Positions 45,880 through 60,865 of a stretch of DNA of 64,000 nt are shown piece after piece. Each line of letters starts with the position of its first letter. Position 1 is the first letter of the stretch. The notes below the pieces were generated by a model. It was not told the DNA's origin and ran no database searches. It saw only the letters and a list, made by a program, of their open reading frames with translations. Location of the stretch: assembly GCA_030704615.1 (NCBI GenBank), contig CM060732.1, forward strand, positions 39,370,001 through 39,434,000, read 5' to 3'. This DNA is from Takakia lepidozioides (Eukaryota; Plantae; Bryophyta). A program made the position numbers and the translations under genes.

Positions 45880-48800
45880 TGTATGCAGTAACTGGAGTTG
45901 CGAGCTTCTTGTGCAAGTTCTCCTGCCAAGCCCTTCTCTGCTTCAGCTATCACTGCAGGTTAGTATCAAATATTCAAATTTGATGCAGTTTGGCAGGCCA
46001 GGGCATGATTTTTTCTGTCCACATCTCCCAACCAGTCTTGCATCTATTTTGCAATGTCGTTTTGGAGAATGTTATTGATGAAACATGAATGGTTCACCAC
46101 TGAAATTAGTGCATATAGCCTAAATTATTGTCCATATATCTGGTTTCTTCCAGAGTGTTATTCTCTATGAGATTGCCACTAAAACTACTGATGTATGTGC
46201 TGCTTTTAGGCAACCCTAACATCAGGCTTTCTGCGATGTCTTCTCAGGGACCTAATTTGCACTCTTACAAGCTTGTCTTCAGTTCATTTTGACTAATCCT
46301 CTCTCTAAAGCATCTCTCCTTTTTCTGTCTCTCTGCAGACAGCTGAATGAGTTTATCTCCTAGTTGACTTTGGACAGGTTTTGGTTAAGTCCCTGTTCTC
46401 TTCTACCATGGGCCACACCTTTTTACTGGTAAGTTCCTTAGCCCCACTGGCACCCGTGTGTCATTCCAAGCCTGAAAGATAACGCTGAACCTAAGAATGT
46501 TGAGCTATGTCAAGGAGATAGTGTTGTATGACCTGTGAAACACATGCAGTATATGAAATGCAGTCGGGATATGTTTTGTTATCAACAGGTGGCAAATGGT
46601 AAATGGCTTGTCTTTACCCTACTAATGAAGGGATGGGGGATTGTACAGAACTCATGGTAATGTATGGAGCCTCCTAGGAACATGAGACCAGATTGTTTCC
46701 GATGCTTTTGCACTGATGTGCAGTCTCTCCACTGTAGGGTAGAGACAACAAATGTGTTTCCTTTCGAAGGCAGTGTCAGCTTGAAACCGCCATTTTGGTT
46801 TCACTTGCTAACTTTGGCACATGGTTTTGGCTCAAAGGGCTACCGTCTCGCATTGAATGAGACTGGAGATCACATCATCGGGCACTCAGAATGGCAAGGC
46901 CTCATTCCTGAGGTAGAGTTGGTGGCTTGGTGCTCACCCCAAACGCCACTTTTACCAAATCACTTGGTGGCTTCTAACAGTGCCACCTTGGTGTCATTCT
47001 GCTACTCATTTCTTCCTGATTATTTGCAGAGTCTAGGGAATGCAGTTGTTTACATTTTAGTTCTCACGGGACTACAACAGTGCTACCATAATTTTCAGCC
47101 CACAAAGGCCCAAAATCAATGTGTCTTCAATTTGAGCAGAACATTGAGCGTCCAAGGGTCTTGGAGCAGAATTTAAAATGTAGCAACACAGGAGGTCAGC
47201 ACCAACTTTCATTTGCTACCTTTTGAAGAGCATACAGTTGCATACAGAGATGTGTCGAGTATACATGGTTGTGCGTAGATCTAATCCACGTGTTGAGCAT
47301 ATGTAGAAGCATGAACATGCTTTTGTCAGAAACAACCAGAATATTATTGTATGGTGGCCAGTATAATTACAAATCATCACACATACAACTGCAATGTTAT
47401 TCGTTCACTTCCAAAAAAGGGGACAGTATTGGAAGTGGAAGAGTATGTTAGTTCAATTTGGTTAATGCCATCTCTTTTTCTTGCTTCAAATTAGATGTTT
47501 AAAATCCATGGGAGTTGACATCTACATGAAGCAGATAGGAATAGTGTCTCTCCAAAAACAAGATAGGCTGCAATCATCTGCAGATGGTCCTTTGTTGGAA
47601 GTTTGAATATTGGTTGATTGATGATTTGCATGACATCAGGCAAGCATCATTTGGTACACTTCTTCTTTTTCTAAGTTGTGGGTGGGTCCAAAGTCCAAAG
47701 GGATCAATCAGTTTGGGTTTGGATGGAGTGGCCTCCAATAATGTGTGGGACTGCATGGCACCCAAATTACATTGGGCATTGCAATGGCAACATTTGGAGG
47801 AATCCCAAGCTAGTTCATTACAGGTTCTTGTTCCAGTTTTGTGTTTTTGTCGTCTTGCACACACAGAGAAGAAAGCCTGCCGATGCCTGTGCATGCAGCA
47901 TGATGGAGTTAGTACACACATTCCCTTTATACCACCAAAGGAGACACTAACTAACTCACATCTGGCTCAGGATGCTGTGACTCTCCTTCATCATTCTGTC
48001 GTGGAATCTGTACTCCCTCTTTCCTTTCTATGAGTGTCTCGGGAACTCCACTTTTCATTAGAGGGAGATGGAGGTAGAGAGGGAGGTAGAGGGAGACGTA
48101 GGTAGTTGGTAGGATTATATATGTTCCTATACATGAGTGCAGAGTGATCTCAGCCTCATTACTTCAAGTAATTTAGTTTCCATGAGTGGGGTTTGTGAGT
48201 TGCTAATAACTTTCAGTTTCTATCCTTTCCATGATTACAGTTCAAGGATGGGTGCAAATCTTTGTTGCCGCTTACATGCACATGAGTGCAGCTACTTTCT
48301 CTTTTCGAAATGGGGTACTTGCTGGAACTTGGACCTCTGCTAGATTTTCGTCTCCATGAGTACAGGAGCTTCGACCCTTTTCCTTTGCATGAGTTCAGCC
48401 TTTATCAAAGACCCACTTTTCTCTTTCTGCCTTTCCACGCAGGATGTCTGTATGTACCGCTAATATTTTACTTGTGAGCTCTACTCAAGTGCTGTTACTT
48501 ATTCCTCTGCATGAGTGCGATTTGTGGGCCTGCTTTCATGGCCTCGGTAACATAACCGTGAAGCGGCCGGATTGGGCTCATCACTTGTTCCTGATCCACG
48601 GTGTTGTCGGACTCCCTTCCCATTTTGCGTGCTTTATGAAGTCGGCATGGTTCTCAACACCTTCCCGCTCTCCCTCCCCTTTTAGATGCCGCTTCTACAG
48701 ATTCGTTTCCTATGGTGATTGCTACTGAACTAGTAGTCTGTCCTTTAAAGTGATTTTCTTGTCAGCATGGAAATTTCAGCTACAATTGGGGAATGATCTC

Positions 48801-49392
48801 ATACTTCAGACGAGTGTAGACTCAAGGTAAAGCAGACAACAACTCTATGACTGATTGTCTCGAGTGAGCAGTTTCTGCAAGAGTGATATACCGATCGATC
48901 GCCTGGGCCAAATGACACTTGAAATGTTGTGAGTACTTTTACGAGAGCAGATCTTTAAATTGTACCAGTCGGCAGCACCCATTTCGAGTCCCACCGTTCT
49001 TCAATGCTCGTTTCCCAGTAACTGGACCACAAATGCTACTTCGAGGCCCTGTCAATTTGGAAGCGAGCTTCAACTCAGTTTCATTTTGACAAGGGAAAGT
49101 GCTCAGATTCGTTGCTTTTGTGACTGGCTGGCCGTTACATGGGTGCTCTCTAAACACTCTATCTGCGGTCTGATCCATCGACGTTGTCTTGCCAAGTGAT
49201 GCCTGCATACCGTTGTTAGTTCGGACCGTCGACATCTGATCATGACAAGTTTACACTGCTGCGAAACTAGGACCAAGTAAGGCGGGACAAGAGAACAGAA
49301 TGTTTACGGATTTCACTATTGATCAACACGGAGGTTTATACTACTTTAAAGTGTGAAGAATTTTACAGGCACGTTAATTACCAATCTGAAAA

Positions 49393-52300
49393 ATGGCAGT
49401 TTGGCGCGTGGTGATGCTGCTGATAGCAGTGACATGGACTGAATGGGTTTATGCAAGACACGAAGTGGAAATTTTGTTAGAAGCGAAAGCTGCTCTTGAT
49501 CCAACGGGAAACATACTGGGATCCTGGGTGGCAGGTGGCAATCCATGCGGCGGATCATTTGAAGGGGTGACTTGCAATGCAGGTATAATACTAGACTTGC
49601 TACAGGTGCATTTTCTTAGAGATAGAACCCTCGTAAAACCTTAAAGTCAAGTAGATGAAGATTTGAGTGCAGTTTGACGATGGAAAAACCGTCATGTACA
49701 ATTTAGAAGCGTACGAAGCATTACGCTTTGAAGATGGAAACTGGCGTAGTTTGACGGTGGATTAATAGTGAAACAATGACAGCAGGAAACTGTTCTCCCC
49801 AAAATTGCGCTACTATTCTTTCAATATGTACATTCCTGCAGCAATCAAAGGCTGATTAGAAATAGTACTGCATGTTGTCGACTACGATACCCTCGTACTC
49901 TTGAGAATTACTAGACTTAACATAAAACGGAAGCCGGGATTTGTCAGTGCTGTCTTTTCAGTACCACAAGCGACATCTGGCACAGCAACTCATCGTAGTA
50001 CATGGAGAAATTTAGCTGGACATCCAGAGAGTTGTTTACAGTGGTCATGGTGTTATGAATTCAAATGCTTGCAAATTGAACATCTCTTGTTGAAGATCAG
50101 GGAACAGAGTGACCAGCGTGTCACTTCAAGGACGCGCCTTATCAGGTTCCATCCCCTCATCACTCTCTGAGCTAGCAGGGCTCACAGATTTGTACCTCAA
50201 TGGCAACAATCTGTCTGGCACCATCCCCCCCGAGCTGAGGTTGCTTTCCAGCCTACAAGGTGCACGTCTTTCAATGCATAATGTTTATTAATCTATAGAT
50301 CTAGACGCAGAAATTGGTGTTGCTATGTTCTGTATTTTTGAGAGTTATGCTCACTGATATAGATCTGACCATGCGTTCGGAGGCTTCGACAACCACCTTC
50401 AGGAATCGTCGTGTCAAGTTTTTTAAAACACGTGATTTTTGGCTTGGGGTCCTCAGTGCTGGAGCTGTGCTGCAATAAACTGGAGGGGGGCATCCCCAGG
50501 GAGCTTGGGCAACTATCACGACTTAGGATCCTAGCCCTGCAACTAAACAACCTCAGCAGGAGCATACCCGAATCACTGGGCAACCTAAGCAAACTAACCC
50601 ACCTGGATGTGAGCGTCAACATGCTCGGTGGGTCCATCCCCACTTCTTTGGCCAACTTGACAGACCTCAATTTTCTCGATGTGCATGAAAACCAACTCTC
50701 TGGCCCTATGCCTGTCGGTAAGTACAATCTTTTGGCTCTAATCTCCTGGTTTGAGAAATGAACATGTATATTGTGATTTGGTACTTGTAATTAAGTTTCA
50801 AATGTGTCTCACAGCGTGGCTGCTGGCGATGCTAATTTGGCAGAGAGCCCTTTAAAGCACCAGCCTTATTAGTTTGAAGCTCCCAAGATACACAGTTCAG
50901 TAGCTAAGAAACTCAAGTGATGCACTAAGTTCTGTTAAAGTCGACTTGTAAATGGAGTGCTCTTTCATGCACAGGACTCCACGGCTTGCAGCAACGTTTC
51001 ATATACGGCAACAACAGTGGGCTTTGCGGCGACGTATTTGTGGATCTCTCCCAGTGTGCAATGGACATAGTCCCTGTTGACGTTTTCGGCTCACCGTCAC
51101 CACAAGCAGACACTATCAGTGCCATCCCTGGAAGTCCTTCTGTAAACGGAATTTCTTCAGCAGATACAAATGTAACAACGTCCACCAGACTCCTGCACAG
51201 ATTGAAGAGTTGGGGCACGATTGGGACGGTTGCAATTATAGCCGTAATTGCTGGAGGGGGTGGCATATCTTACGTTGCGCGTGTCTGTATCAGACGGCGC
51301 AAAGCAAGGATTGTTAGTGCTCATGAAACCATGGACAGTAAGCTGGACAAAGATTTTTATATGGCCATTGCTTGGGTGGCCGATAGTTTCGGTCATGGGC
51401 AAGGTTCCTTCCGGAGCACACCAGATGTCCCGATGCTTATGTCAGACGGCAGCTCATCATTGCTTCCCAAGGGGTTCACCAGCCCTACTGCGAGGAGATT
51501 TTGGATTTACTTGGATGAGCTAGAAATATCAACCAACTTCTTCTCGGAAAAATGTTTGCTGGGGAAGAACATGCACTCAGCAGTGTACAAAGGAACCCTT
51601 ACAGACGGCTCAACTGTGGCCATTAAGGGCATCTACAACACCCGTTTCTCATCTGGGGAGGGAGACTTTCAGACAGGAATTGACGCCCTGTCACAACTCA
51701 GGCATGAAAATATTGTAACGTTCAGGGGTTTCTGCACTTCCAAAGCAGGAGCGGAATGCTTTCTGGTCTATGACTTCGTGCCGAATGGGTCGCTACAGCA
51801 TCATCTCCACGGCAAGATGGGGGATCCGTTGGATTGGCCGAGCAGAGTGAGCATCGCAAAAGGCATTGCTAAAGGTATGCCAGCTGACCAGTGTCGCTCA
51901 TTTTTACTTCTTCAATACCATCATCTGGCAATTCCTTTGGGGATCCCACATTCAAGACATCCGGCGTCATAGTGGGGTTTTTATTGTACATACTGCTTTT
52001 GATTACTTGGGCTAGTATCCTGGAAGCCGGAAAATGTAGTGCATAATGGGGCTGCCATCTGTTGGCAACAAAGCTACATACTGTTACCACCCTTATTGAA
52101 GCTTCTCATAAAACCAGTGGGTGTTACCCCTGCTGCCATATCGTCTAGCACCTTCCTTTCAACACTCGAGAGAAAGCTGTTGTTAAGTATACATGTTTGA
52201 CACCCTCACACCAGCTCTCAGAGGATATACTTGCTGACATTGAATTTACAAAAGCCTGGTACTAGCAAAACTTCACAGATTATAATACATGCTTAATTTA

Positions 52301-52966
52301 AGCTTTTATGAGCATTGTTCAGTGTCTAACTCCTATGTGACCTCCAATCTTCCAGGGCTGACATACTTGCATGACGGTATATCACAGCGTATAGTCATCC
52401 ACCAGAATCTTTGGGTAGCCAACGTGTTGCTGGACACATCTGGAAATGCACTGCTATCAGATTATGGCCTCTCTGATATTGTAGCTGAAGAAGTGATGTA
52501 TGCAGTTCATAAGAACTTAGCAGCACTGGGATATTTGGCACCAGAGTACGGGTGCATGCAGTACATGACGGACCGAAGCGATGTTTATGCCTTTGGGGCA
52601 ATCTTACTGGAACTCCTTACTGGCCGGAGACCTGTGTTTGTAGATGACAGAGGAGACAAAAGCATCAATTTAGCTTGCTGGGTTCGCTCTCTGTTGGATA
52701 TAGGCATGGTCCGTGATTTTATGGACACAAGGTTGGGGAACAATTACACAGAAGAAGAAGCAGCAGGCCTTGCCAGCATAGCTCTCTCGTGTATGGGTGA
52801 CGAACCAAGTCTTAGACCCTCTATGGGTACTGTTGTGCAACGATTGTATGCCACCGACACCATTGTTGCGCCGGAAAGGGATGCATGCTCAACAAGCTCG
52901 TCTGGGAAGGAGCATCCAGTTCATCAACTTGCTGCATATGCTGATATGGCTGATACGGATTTGTGA
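49393..52966 (+). CDS. LRR receptor-like kinase, subfamily LRR-IV-like, probable pseudokinase
   Basis: Exons 49393-49582, 50101-50259, 50457-50717, 50975-51874, 52356-52966. Signal peptide, LRRNT (LGSW..NPC..FEGVTC), LRRs, TM segment, kinase with VAIK and GYLAPEY but HQN for HRD, DYG for DFG and a degenerate G-loop. Confidence 0.9.
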
Positions 52967-54589
52967 CCTGGTTGTTCAGGGGTAGTGAATTCGGCATTGC
53001 GACGAGCTATGGTGATGAGCCGCTTGAAATTGTCCATCCAATTCCCTGTTGCCACTCAGATAGAACCAATGAAACAGGTTGGGTAACGGCGGGGGCGCAT
53101 GTTGGCTGTGGCGAATAGGAGGAAAGATGTAGCTGGATAACAAGCTGAGAGTTTCCAACCAAAGCCCATGTCCTATATTCTGATATGTTCCACATCTCTT
53201 TCTTTCATAGATGTCCGGATTGGCACTCTCCAAATCGGAGAGTAGGACCAACAAGACATCTAAGTCTTGGATTACTTCACCCAAGAGGCGAACTCACGGA
53301 GCTGTCTAGCATCCGGATGAACTACTCAAAGTTCTGATCTTTGGGAGAATTTTGCCAAAACACCCAATTGCTCGCGGGTATATAGAGAATCAAAAAAAAT
53401 TCCCGGATTTCTGCTGTCTTCTCAGAGACCACCTATCCTGTACCTCTTCTGTTCAGTCGACCATACATACCGCGAGGAAGGCTGTGGCAATGAGAAGGAG
53501 CTCTCTCTGTCTCTTTACACCCCCACACAGAGAAGACAGATCTCTCCAAGGGAAGGGGGGAGAGGGTCCGGGTCAACCACTGCAAATCGTTGCCATCTCT
53601 AAGAGGGAAAAAATTATGAACTGCAGATCACTGATGAACTGAAAAGCTTCCCATCCTAAGGACTCAAATACCATAAATACCTCAGATGTGTATACCTCCA
53701 CATATTTAGGGCGGTAGACTCTTACGTAAGAAGGGACTCAACATGCACTTTTACTCATATCATTATCTGAGCCTGTATGTGGACTGCTCTTGGATACATC
53801 AAATGAAATTTTCTGGGTCCGAGATCGTTTGTGGATCGTTTGTTCACATCCATCAAAAGGCCAATGCCTCTCAGTAAAACCTAAAGCCCCGGCTAGGATT
53901 TTTTACTTAGAGAGGATGGCGCCTTACGCGGAGGGATTTTCCGGCCTGGCACCTTACAACGATAGTTGAGCAGGAAGAGCGGGATGATTGGGTTGCGTCT
54001 GGTTGTGTCCAAGTACTCTTTTATTTTTCTGAAAAAAGGGACTGAGCCCTAAGAGATTAATAAGGTGAAAAAAATAACCACAATGTAAGTACTTCAGTCT
54101 GAAAGTTAGCTTCCTAGTTTCTGATCTGACTCTGCAGACACACAGCTCAGCCATCTGATATATATATCTATAGCTATATAAGTTATGGTGTCCTCTTGAC
54201 CCCCAAGGCCTACTGCCTTCCAGTAGGAAGGTGGACACCTTTGGACACCAATTGGTGTTTTGTACCCACAACCACTTCCGAGGTGGTATGTGCTACCACT
54301 AGGCTACAACTTGGTTGCCATATGATATAATTGGTTTTCCCTTACCATTTTCCCATAGAAAAAGTAGTTAGTCTATTACTATTAGTTAGTAGCATATGGA
54401 GGTTTGAATAGTTAAGACTCTTGGTTTTGGATTTGAATAGATAGATCTAAATTGTGTTTGTGATCCAACGTTGTTTGTTGTAGCTTTGGGGCCATAGACT
54501 CAAATAAGAGACAATGTTGTTTAGTCATGTCATCACTCTTCTATGGTTGGGAGGAGAGCTCTGTTGTCTAATAAGTTGTCTTCTCTATA

Positions 54590-55960
54590 TTCTAGTACAT
54601 GGTGTCAGAGCCACCTTAGATCTAAAGCAGTGAGAAATGGTCTTGGGATCACATGAGTGGAGATAGAATCCATCTCTCTAATTAGTGAGAGTAGACTCTC
54701 ATGACATCATCACCTACTTCAGGTTTAGGCAACCATGGATCTAACTTTAACACGTTAGATGCTTATAGAGTGGAGGATAGGTTCGATGGGACTAACTACC
54801 ATACTTGGAAATTTCGAATGGAAATGATCCTCCCCAGACAAAGACTTGTAGTCACTAGTTGACGGCACTATAATAAGGCCAGCCTAAACCAACATTCGGT
54901 CAAGCTACCACTGCAATGGCGATTTGGGACAAGTTGGCCACAATATTTGAGATTAATGACGTCACGTCAACTGTGTTTGCCACTACTCATTTAAATTGTC
55001 CAAGTTCAATTAAAGCTTTCAAAGATGAGAATATAGAGTTACACTTAAGTTCCTTCAATGTCTTGAGAAGAAAACTAGAAGCAGTAGGAACTTCAGTTTC
55101 CGACGAGCATATAGGAGTAATGTTGCTTGGTTCATGACCAAGATTCCAAAATCTTATGACGGGTTTGTAGTGTCACTAAAATGGCAAAACAGCTTATCGG
55201 TGGATAATGTCATAGGACTATTATTCAAAGAGGAAATAAGTAGATTATTGTCTAGAAAGTTTAGAAATTTTTTATAAAAAAATCTTGTAGGAAATCCTCT
55301 CAAAAACAAAAGTTAGGAAAATCTACTAAGTCTAGAATAGAGTGCTTCTACTGCAAGAAACTAGGTCATATGATCAAGGACCGTAGAAAATGAATAGTAA
55401 ATCAAATCACTTCAATAAGAGTATTGATGGCATTGGCCGGTATTGATGGGCATTGGCGTCGAGAATGATTTTGATGTCCATCAAATGGATGTAAAAACAG
55501 CGTTTCTCAATGACTATCTACAAGAGATCATTTATTATATGGACCAACCTCAAGGTTTTATCAAACCAGAGACTAAACACAACGTCTGTAAGTTACATAA
55601 GACGCTTTTCGGGCTCAAACGGTCTCTGAGAGCATCGTACGAAAGGATTGATACTTTTCTTCTAATATTTGGATTACAAGAGGGTTGCATACCAATGTCT
55701 ACATTCTTACACAAGGAAGTCAATTGGTGATATTGGCTTTATATGTGGATGACGTTGTGTTGGTCAGCAATGATGGTCAAGGATTACTATTACGGTTCAA
55801 GAATAAATTATCCAAGGAGTTTTCCATGACTGCTATGGGTTCAATTCAATTTTGTACTATTGGCAAACACATTAGTAATATAAGAGATAGACTAAAGCAT
55901 TTAATAGCAATCCAACACAAAAGTCACATTACTCAAACTTACATAAGAAAATCATTGTAA
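54590..55960 (+). mobile_element. Internally deleted Ty1/Copia retrotransposon remnant
   Basis: LTR end ..ACA then PBS TGGTGTCAGAGCC (tRNA-iMet-like) at 54600. Gag FDGTNYHTWKFRMEM, zinc knuckle CFYCKKLGH (~55344), then RT HQMDVKTAFLN and LYVDD with no recognisable protease or integrase between. Confidence 0.85.
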
Positions 55961-58900
55961 CTCTTCTGTCACAAAGTTATTGATTTGTGTATCTTAGGGT
56001 GATTGCAGCCTACAGTGTTCAATTTTTAATGAAGCTATGTCATTTTTCCTGTACATAGTTTGTTGGTTTTGATCTAGTCTATGAAATTTGTTAAAATTGA
56101 CTCACAACATTGTCCCTATCTACATGTAGTATATATCTTTTCAGACTTGCCGCCAAAAACCGTTATCTCTAGAAGTGATGGACTTTTATGAAAAGTCCAT
56201 AAGCTTTTGTTACAGTCCATACAAAACTTGTTATGGACTCATTATTTGTTAGATTTTGTAACATAATTGGAACATGGGACTTGGCCCTCCCTAGACATTC
56301 CACGTGATATAGTGTAAGTGAATCCATGTTTTGGGTTTTTTTTTCTTATGTACTTTTATATAGGCCACATCTTCAACTTTTTGGTCCACTCTTCGTTGCA
56401 ACTACCCCTTTGGAGCTCAACCTCTTGTAGTGTGAAAAGAAGGGGGCATAAATCCCCTTCTAGTTAACTCCTAAATTGTTCCTTACCCAAATACACACTT
56501 ACTCACACCACACTTAATCACTCCTACTCTATTCATGATCAGAGATTGGGTACCCTCATCCACGCCGCAGCGGAAGAGAAGACATGGACAGGGGTTGAGA
56601 AGTTTCTCAAACTTATAACTTGGCTCATTTGTAAACAGGGTATTGCATATGCCAGGGTTCTGTTTCCTAAATGTTTCAAGACATACATTATCACAAAATC
56701 AGGTTAGCCAGCACCCATGAAGGGCAATCCCTTCATAATACTGGCAGGCTAGTTCCATGAAATACACATCAAGTTTTATGGTCACTGGTTCAACTACAAC
56801 GGGCTCCGGGTTTTTCACACACACATAGCCTCACTTTGATGATCCACCATTCCTCTTTCAAGATCTCTTTTCCCCATCCATTTGCATCAAGGACATATGA
56901 CACTTTCAACCCTCTCAATCCCTTCTTGCAGATACAAAATGGGCTACCAATAATCACCCTCAAGTGATCTTCTCTGTTGCAGCCCTCAGCCCCTGCATGC
57001 TTCTAAGTAATCATGCAATCAGCAGCCAACAGGTTTACTTCTACCTGATTCATTCTCTCTGAAATATGCTACTTCCTAACCTAATTATATGCATGTTGCC
57101 CTCATTGTAAGTCATGGGCACTTCTTCTTTACTCAACCTCATTCACATCCGCCCAAAATAGGAAACATCCTTTGTTTAAGAACTGACTTCCCAACTTCTT
57201 GCAGCACTCCACACAACTTCCACCCTGCCTCACTTTCTCTCTACCACCAGGACTGGTATGAATTCCAGAAGTCACCATTCCATTTGCCAAAATCTTTTTC
57301 TATCTCCCTCATTTCCATTGAGAGTATCTCTACCAGAATTCCACAGCAACTATCCCTAAGTAAGAGAAGAGGTTTGTATCTATGAACTTAGCTCTCTTAT
57401 ACTCCAGCTGAAGCGGTGGGATCGCCTGCCTGAAATGGCACCTCACCATCTCTGTCAGCAGCTCCCCTAACTCCTCTTGTCGTTTGAATGTCATGTTGTA
57501 AAAACAAAGATCTATGCATGTCAGATCCTGTCATTGCTCTGCCACTCCACCTTCAGATATTTCGTCGATTCAAGCGTTCCGTGAGTCATGACAGCTCTGT
57601 TTCAACCTATGGCAGTAACCTTGTTGCTTGCCAACTAACTACCCTATCCTACCATCTCTGCTAATCTACGCTAAGATCTGATGTGATAACAAGAAGACAG
57701 TCATTATCTGAAAGCTTCCTGCTCTACATATTTCACTCTTTGCTTCTTTATTTACAGATAACCTGTATCACTGTCCACAAGCCAATGCCCTCATTCTGGC
57801 GATTGCACCATGAATGCAATGGCGGCGGTATCAGTTTGCACACCCTACCTCTGGCAGATGCCCGTCATGATGGAGCTGCTCCATCATCTTAACTAGCCTT
57901 TGATCAAGTCGGCAACCCCACCTTCCTATTCCCTGGCAGCAGGCTGTTTCCCTTGCAAGTTCATCCTCCTTGTCATCGTGGTTATGAGAGTAACGACGGC
58001 ACTGCCGCCCCTCCACCGAGCTGCTTTCCCCGCAACTCCTACACCTTCAGCGGTCAAATCACAGGAAGCACCGCCTCTATGCCTTCATTACTTCTGTCAG
58101 TAGTACATGATATTACTTCCCTTGCCCTTGATGAATCGTCCTGCAGCACTCCCTCTCTTCAATGCCATGAAACGATTACTGCACCGCCTCCCTTCTCCCG
58201 GCTTGAGCAAAATTACCTAGCTGTTCCCTGCACGATTACCCTCCAGCAAGCCCTAAGCTTCCTCGACCCGCGTTTCTAAGGTAATCACCAGCGATGAAAG
58301 CCATTCATCCTATGGATGAAAAGGCGTATTTCATGACTTAGCCACATTTTGTCCTGGCAGCGCAATAGCATATGGATTTAACTGTAGGCATGGATACTTC
58401 CTTCCTTGTTATTAGCACCAGGGCTCTCCCTTTGTAGTAATGCCGAATCCTGATGCCAAACAAAAATTTCCGTGTTACTCCCCTGCATTCACACTACACT
58501 CTCTAGCAACCCAACTAAATGTTGGACCACACTTCATATACCCTAGTAAAATCTTGCTATTAACAGAGTTTTGACCTTTGCAAGAAATTAAGAAGAAGAT
58601 TAAAAGTATGTTTGACGTCAGTGAATCTACAACACTTCAATCTCCAAAGTCTGCACAAAGCCTATCATCTATTATTATAACCCAATTTAAATTCATTAAC
58701 AAAATCATGTCATTTGGTCCTGATGTCATTGAAATCCATTATACCAAATGCAGGTGGTCAAGAAAATGACGACCTGCAATAGGCTTTTTGGGTATAGATG
58801 CATTTGTTACCTTTATCTATAGGTTTGTATGACTTGAATTACAAAGAAAAACCTCACACTACAAAATAATGTTGTCATGTTCATTGACGGGTGTGAACTC

Positions 58901-59574
58901 CCGAACAATGGATGACGCCTCCTGAATGGCCTCCTTGATGCTCCGAAAGAGGCTCTCTCGTTCGTGAAGTTGCATGTTCTTCAACATACACTTGATCTCA
59001 AAGATCAAGTCTGTCGCAACACCCCCCCTTCCCACCCTTCGAGGCATTCACCTTCTTCACGGCAACACCCAACAAGTTCAACAAATGGGTGCCAGATAAG
59101 AATGTTCGTAAAGATATCATCAAGGGGATTCATGAGGAGATTGGGCATTATAGAGTGCGCAGGATATAAAATAAAGTGGTTTGACACCTGAGAGCGTCGA
59201 CACATTGGATTGGCTGTAGGATGCAAGGATGGTCAGGAGCATTGTAGATGTTTGGCTTCAAGCTCTCATTTGATCTACTCGGTACATGCTGAGTGACCCG
59301 CTCCATAACCTTGCGCTCACAGCGCTTGAACGTCGACTCAACATGCAATCCAACAAGGTCAACAACCTTTGGATCGGAGTTGAGTTTTGTTGCACTGGCC
59401 CCTAGATCCACTTTGTTGAACACTATCCTCATCCCCCACTGTTTATGTTTTCAAGACCCTCTCTCTCTTCGCCTTAGGCTCGATAGGATGAACATCCTTT
59501 GCCCCTGCAAACAACTCATCGGGATTTCTCCTCGACATCATTTCAACCACAGAGATGGTTTTCTTCGAATTCAT

Positions 59575-60865
59575 GAATTCATACCAATCGAGGAGCGCAA
59601 GACACATGATGGACATACCCTTCCTCACCCGGTTCGATATGCTAAAGGAGTTTCTCCCTCCATGGTTGCAAGACTCGAAAGAATTCACAAGTAATCTCTT
59701 GCACAAATTTACCTTTATTGTCGTCATAGTTCAACTGCTCATTCAGCTCTTGCATTTTATTTGGAGAAAAAGGATTCTCATCAATTTTTGCGATCCTCCA
59801 CAAGGTTTGGCAACTTTCGGACTTAGAAACCTTAATGAGTCAAGATTTAAAAGTATTAGACAATTCTTGATTCTTGATTCTTGATTCTTGATTCTATTAG
59901 GCAATTCTATATATGTATTATTATGCAATTCATTATATGTATATATATTAGGATATTTTTAATTCTTAATTGACTAAAAACTAAGCAAATTATCTAATGC
60001 TTCTAAATCTTGACTCATTAAAGTTTCTAGTCCTAAAGCTGCCAAAAGAATACTGCAAAAATTGATGAGAAGGGGAGAGGGGTTTTGGCGCGCCTTAATG
60101 ATGACGCGGATTTGAACGGCGGGCCCATCTATGCATACGTCCAAATGCAGCGCGGCCCAACCCTAAACCTAAACCCTGATGTGGCTTGTCTGACCGTATC
60201 CCTGGCGGGCTCCACCAGGAGCTCGTCGATCTAGGCTCTGCGATGGCGCTTTGCCAAGACTTCGTGTTGAATCACGTCACAGCAATGGCGGGACTGCTCG
60301 CTGATCCAAACGTCCGGATGACCAAACAAACGGGCCTCCGCAATTTCGCGGGTCTCGATTGGACGACGATCGACCAATAACCGGTTATGGAGTTCCTCAA
60401 TCACGTTCAACAAGATTGGGTGGACGTCGATGGAAAGCGTAAACGCATCGACGACGACCTCATTGCCCGAGTTTTTTTTTCTCCCAAAAAACGGCATCAT
60501 CGGTGGGAAAAAAACGACAGCCCGGCCACGAGCTCGAAACAACCGCGCTGTTCCGGCTCACCTGATGAACAACCTGCAAATCGCACTGGTTTGTCGGGAA
60601 AGTGTCAACTGGACACAGTATTACACCAAACGTCTCATTAATAAATTCAGGGACGTTATTTCATTGTTTCCAGATAGCATGCAAGAGGTAAAGAAGCAGT
60701 TGAACTATGACAACAATAAAGGTAAATTTGTGCAAGAGATTACCTGTGAATTCTGTGAATTCTTTGGAGTCTTGCGGCCTTGGAGGGAGAAACTCCTTTA
60801 GCAGATCAAACCGGTTGACGTGGGGTATGTCCATCATGTGCCTTGCGCTCCTCGATTGGTAGCTA
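59575..60865. repeat. Inverted pair of transposon-like coding fragments
   Basis: 59575-59740 is the reverse complement of ~60695-60865; ORFs 59555(+) and 60661(-) share SYQSRSARHMMDIP..KEFLPP..LLHKFTFIVVIVQLL. Confidence 0.85.
59775..60071. mobile_element. MITE with ~85-bp TIRs and (TTCTTGA)n interior
   Basis: TCTCATCAATTTTTGC..AATGAGTCAAGATTTA / TAAATCTTGACTCATT..GCAAAAATTGATGAGA. Confidence 0.75.

Noticed and set aside
46000-49300. Short ORFs between MLH1 and the LRR-RLK
   Set aside because: No recognisable domains or coherent exon chain; treated as intergenic or UTR.
56400-58500. Possible decayed LTR-retrotransposon gag/pol
   Set aside because: Only vague hints; no motif could be read confidently.
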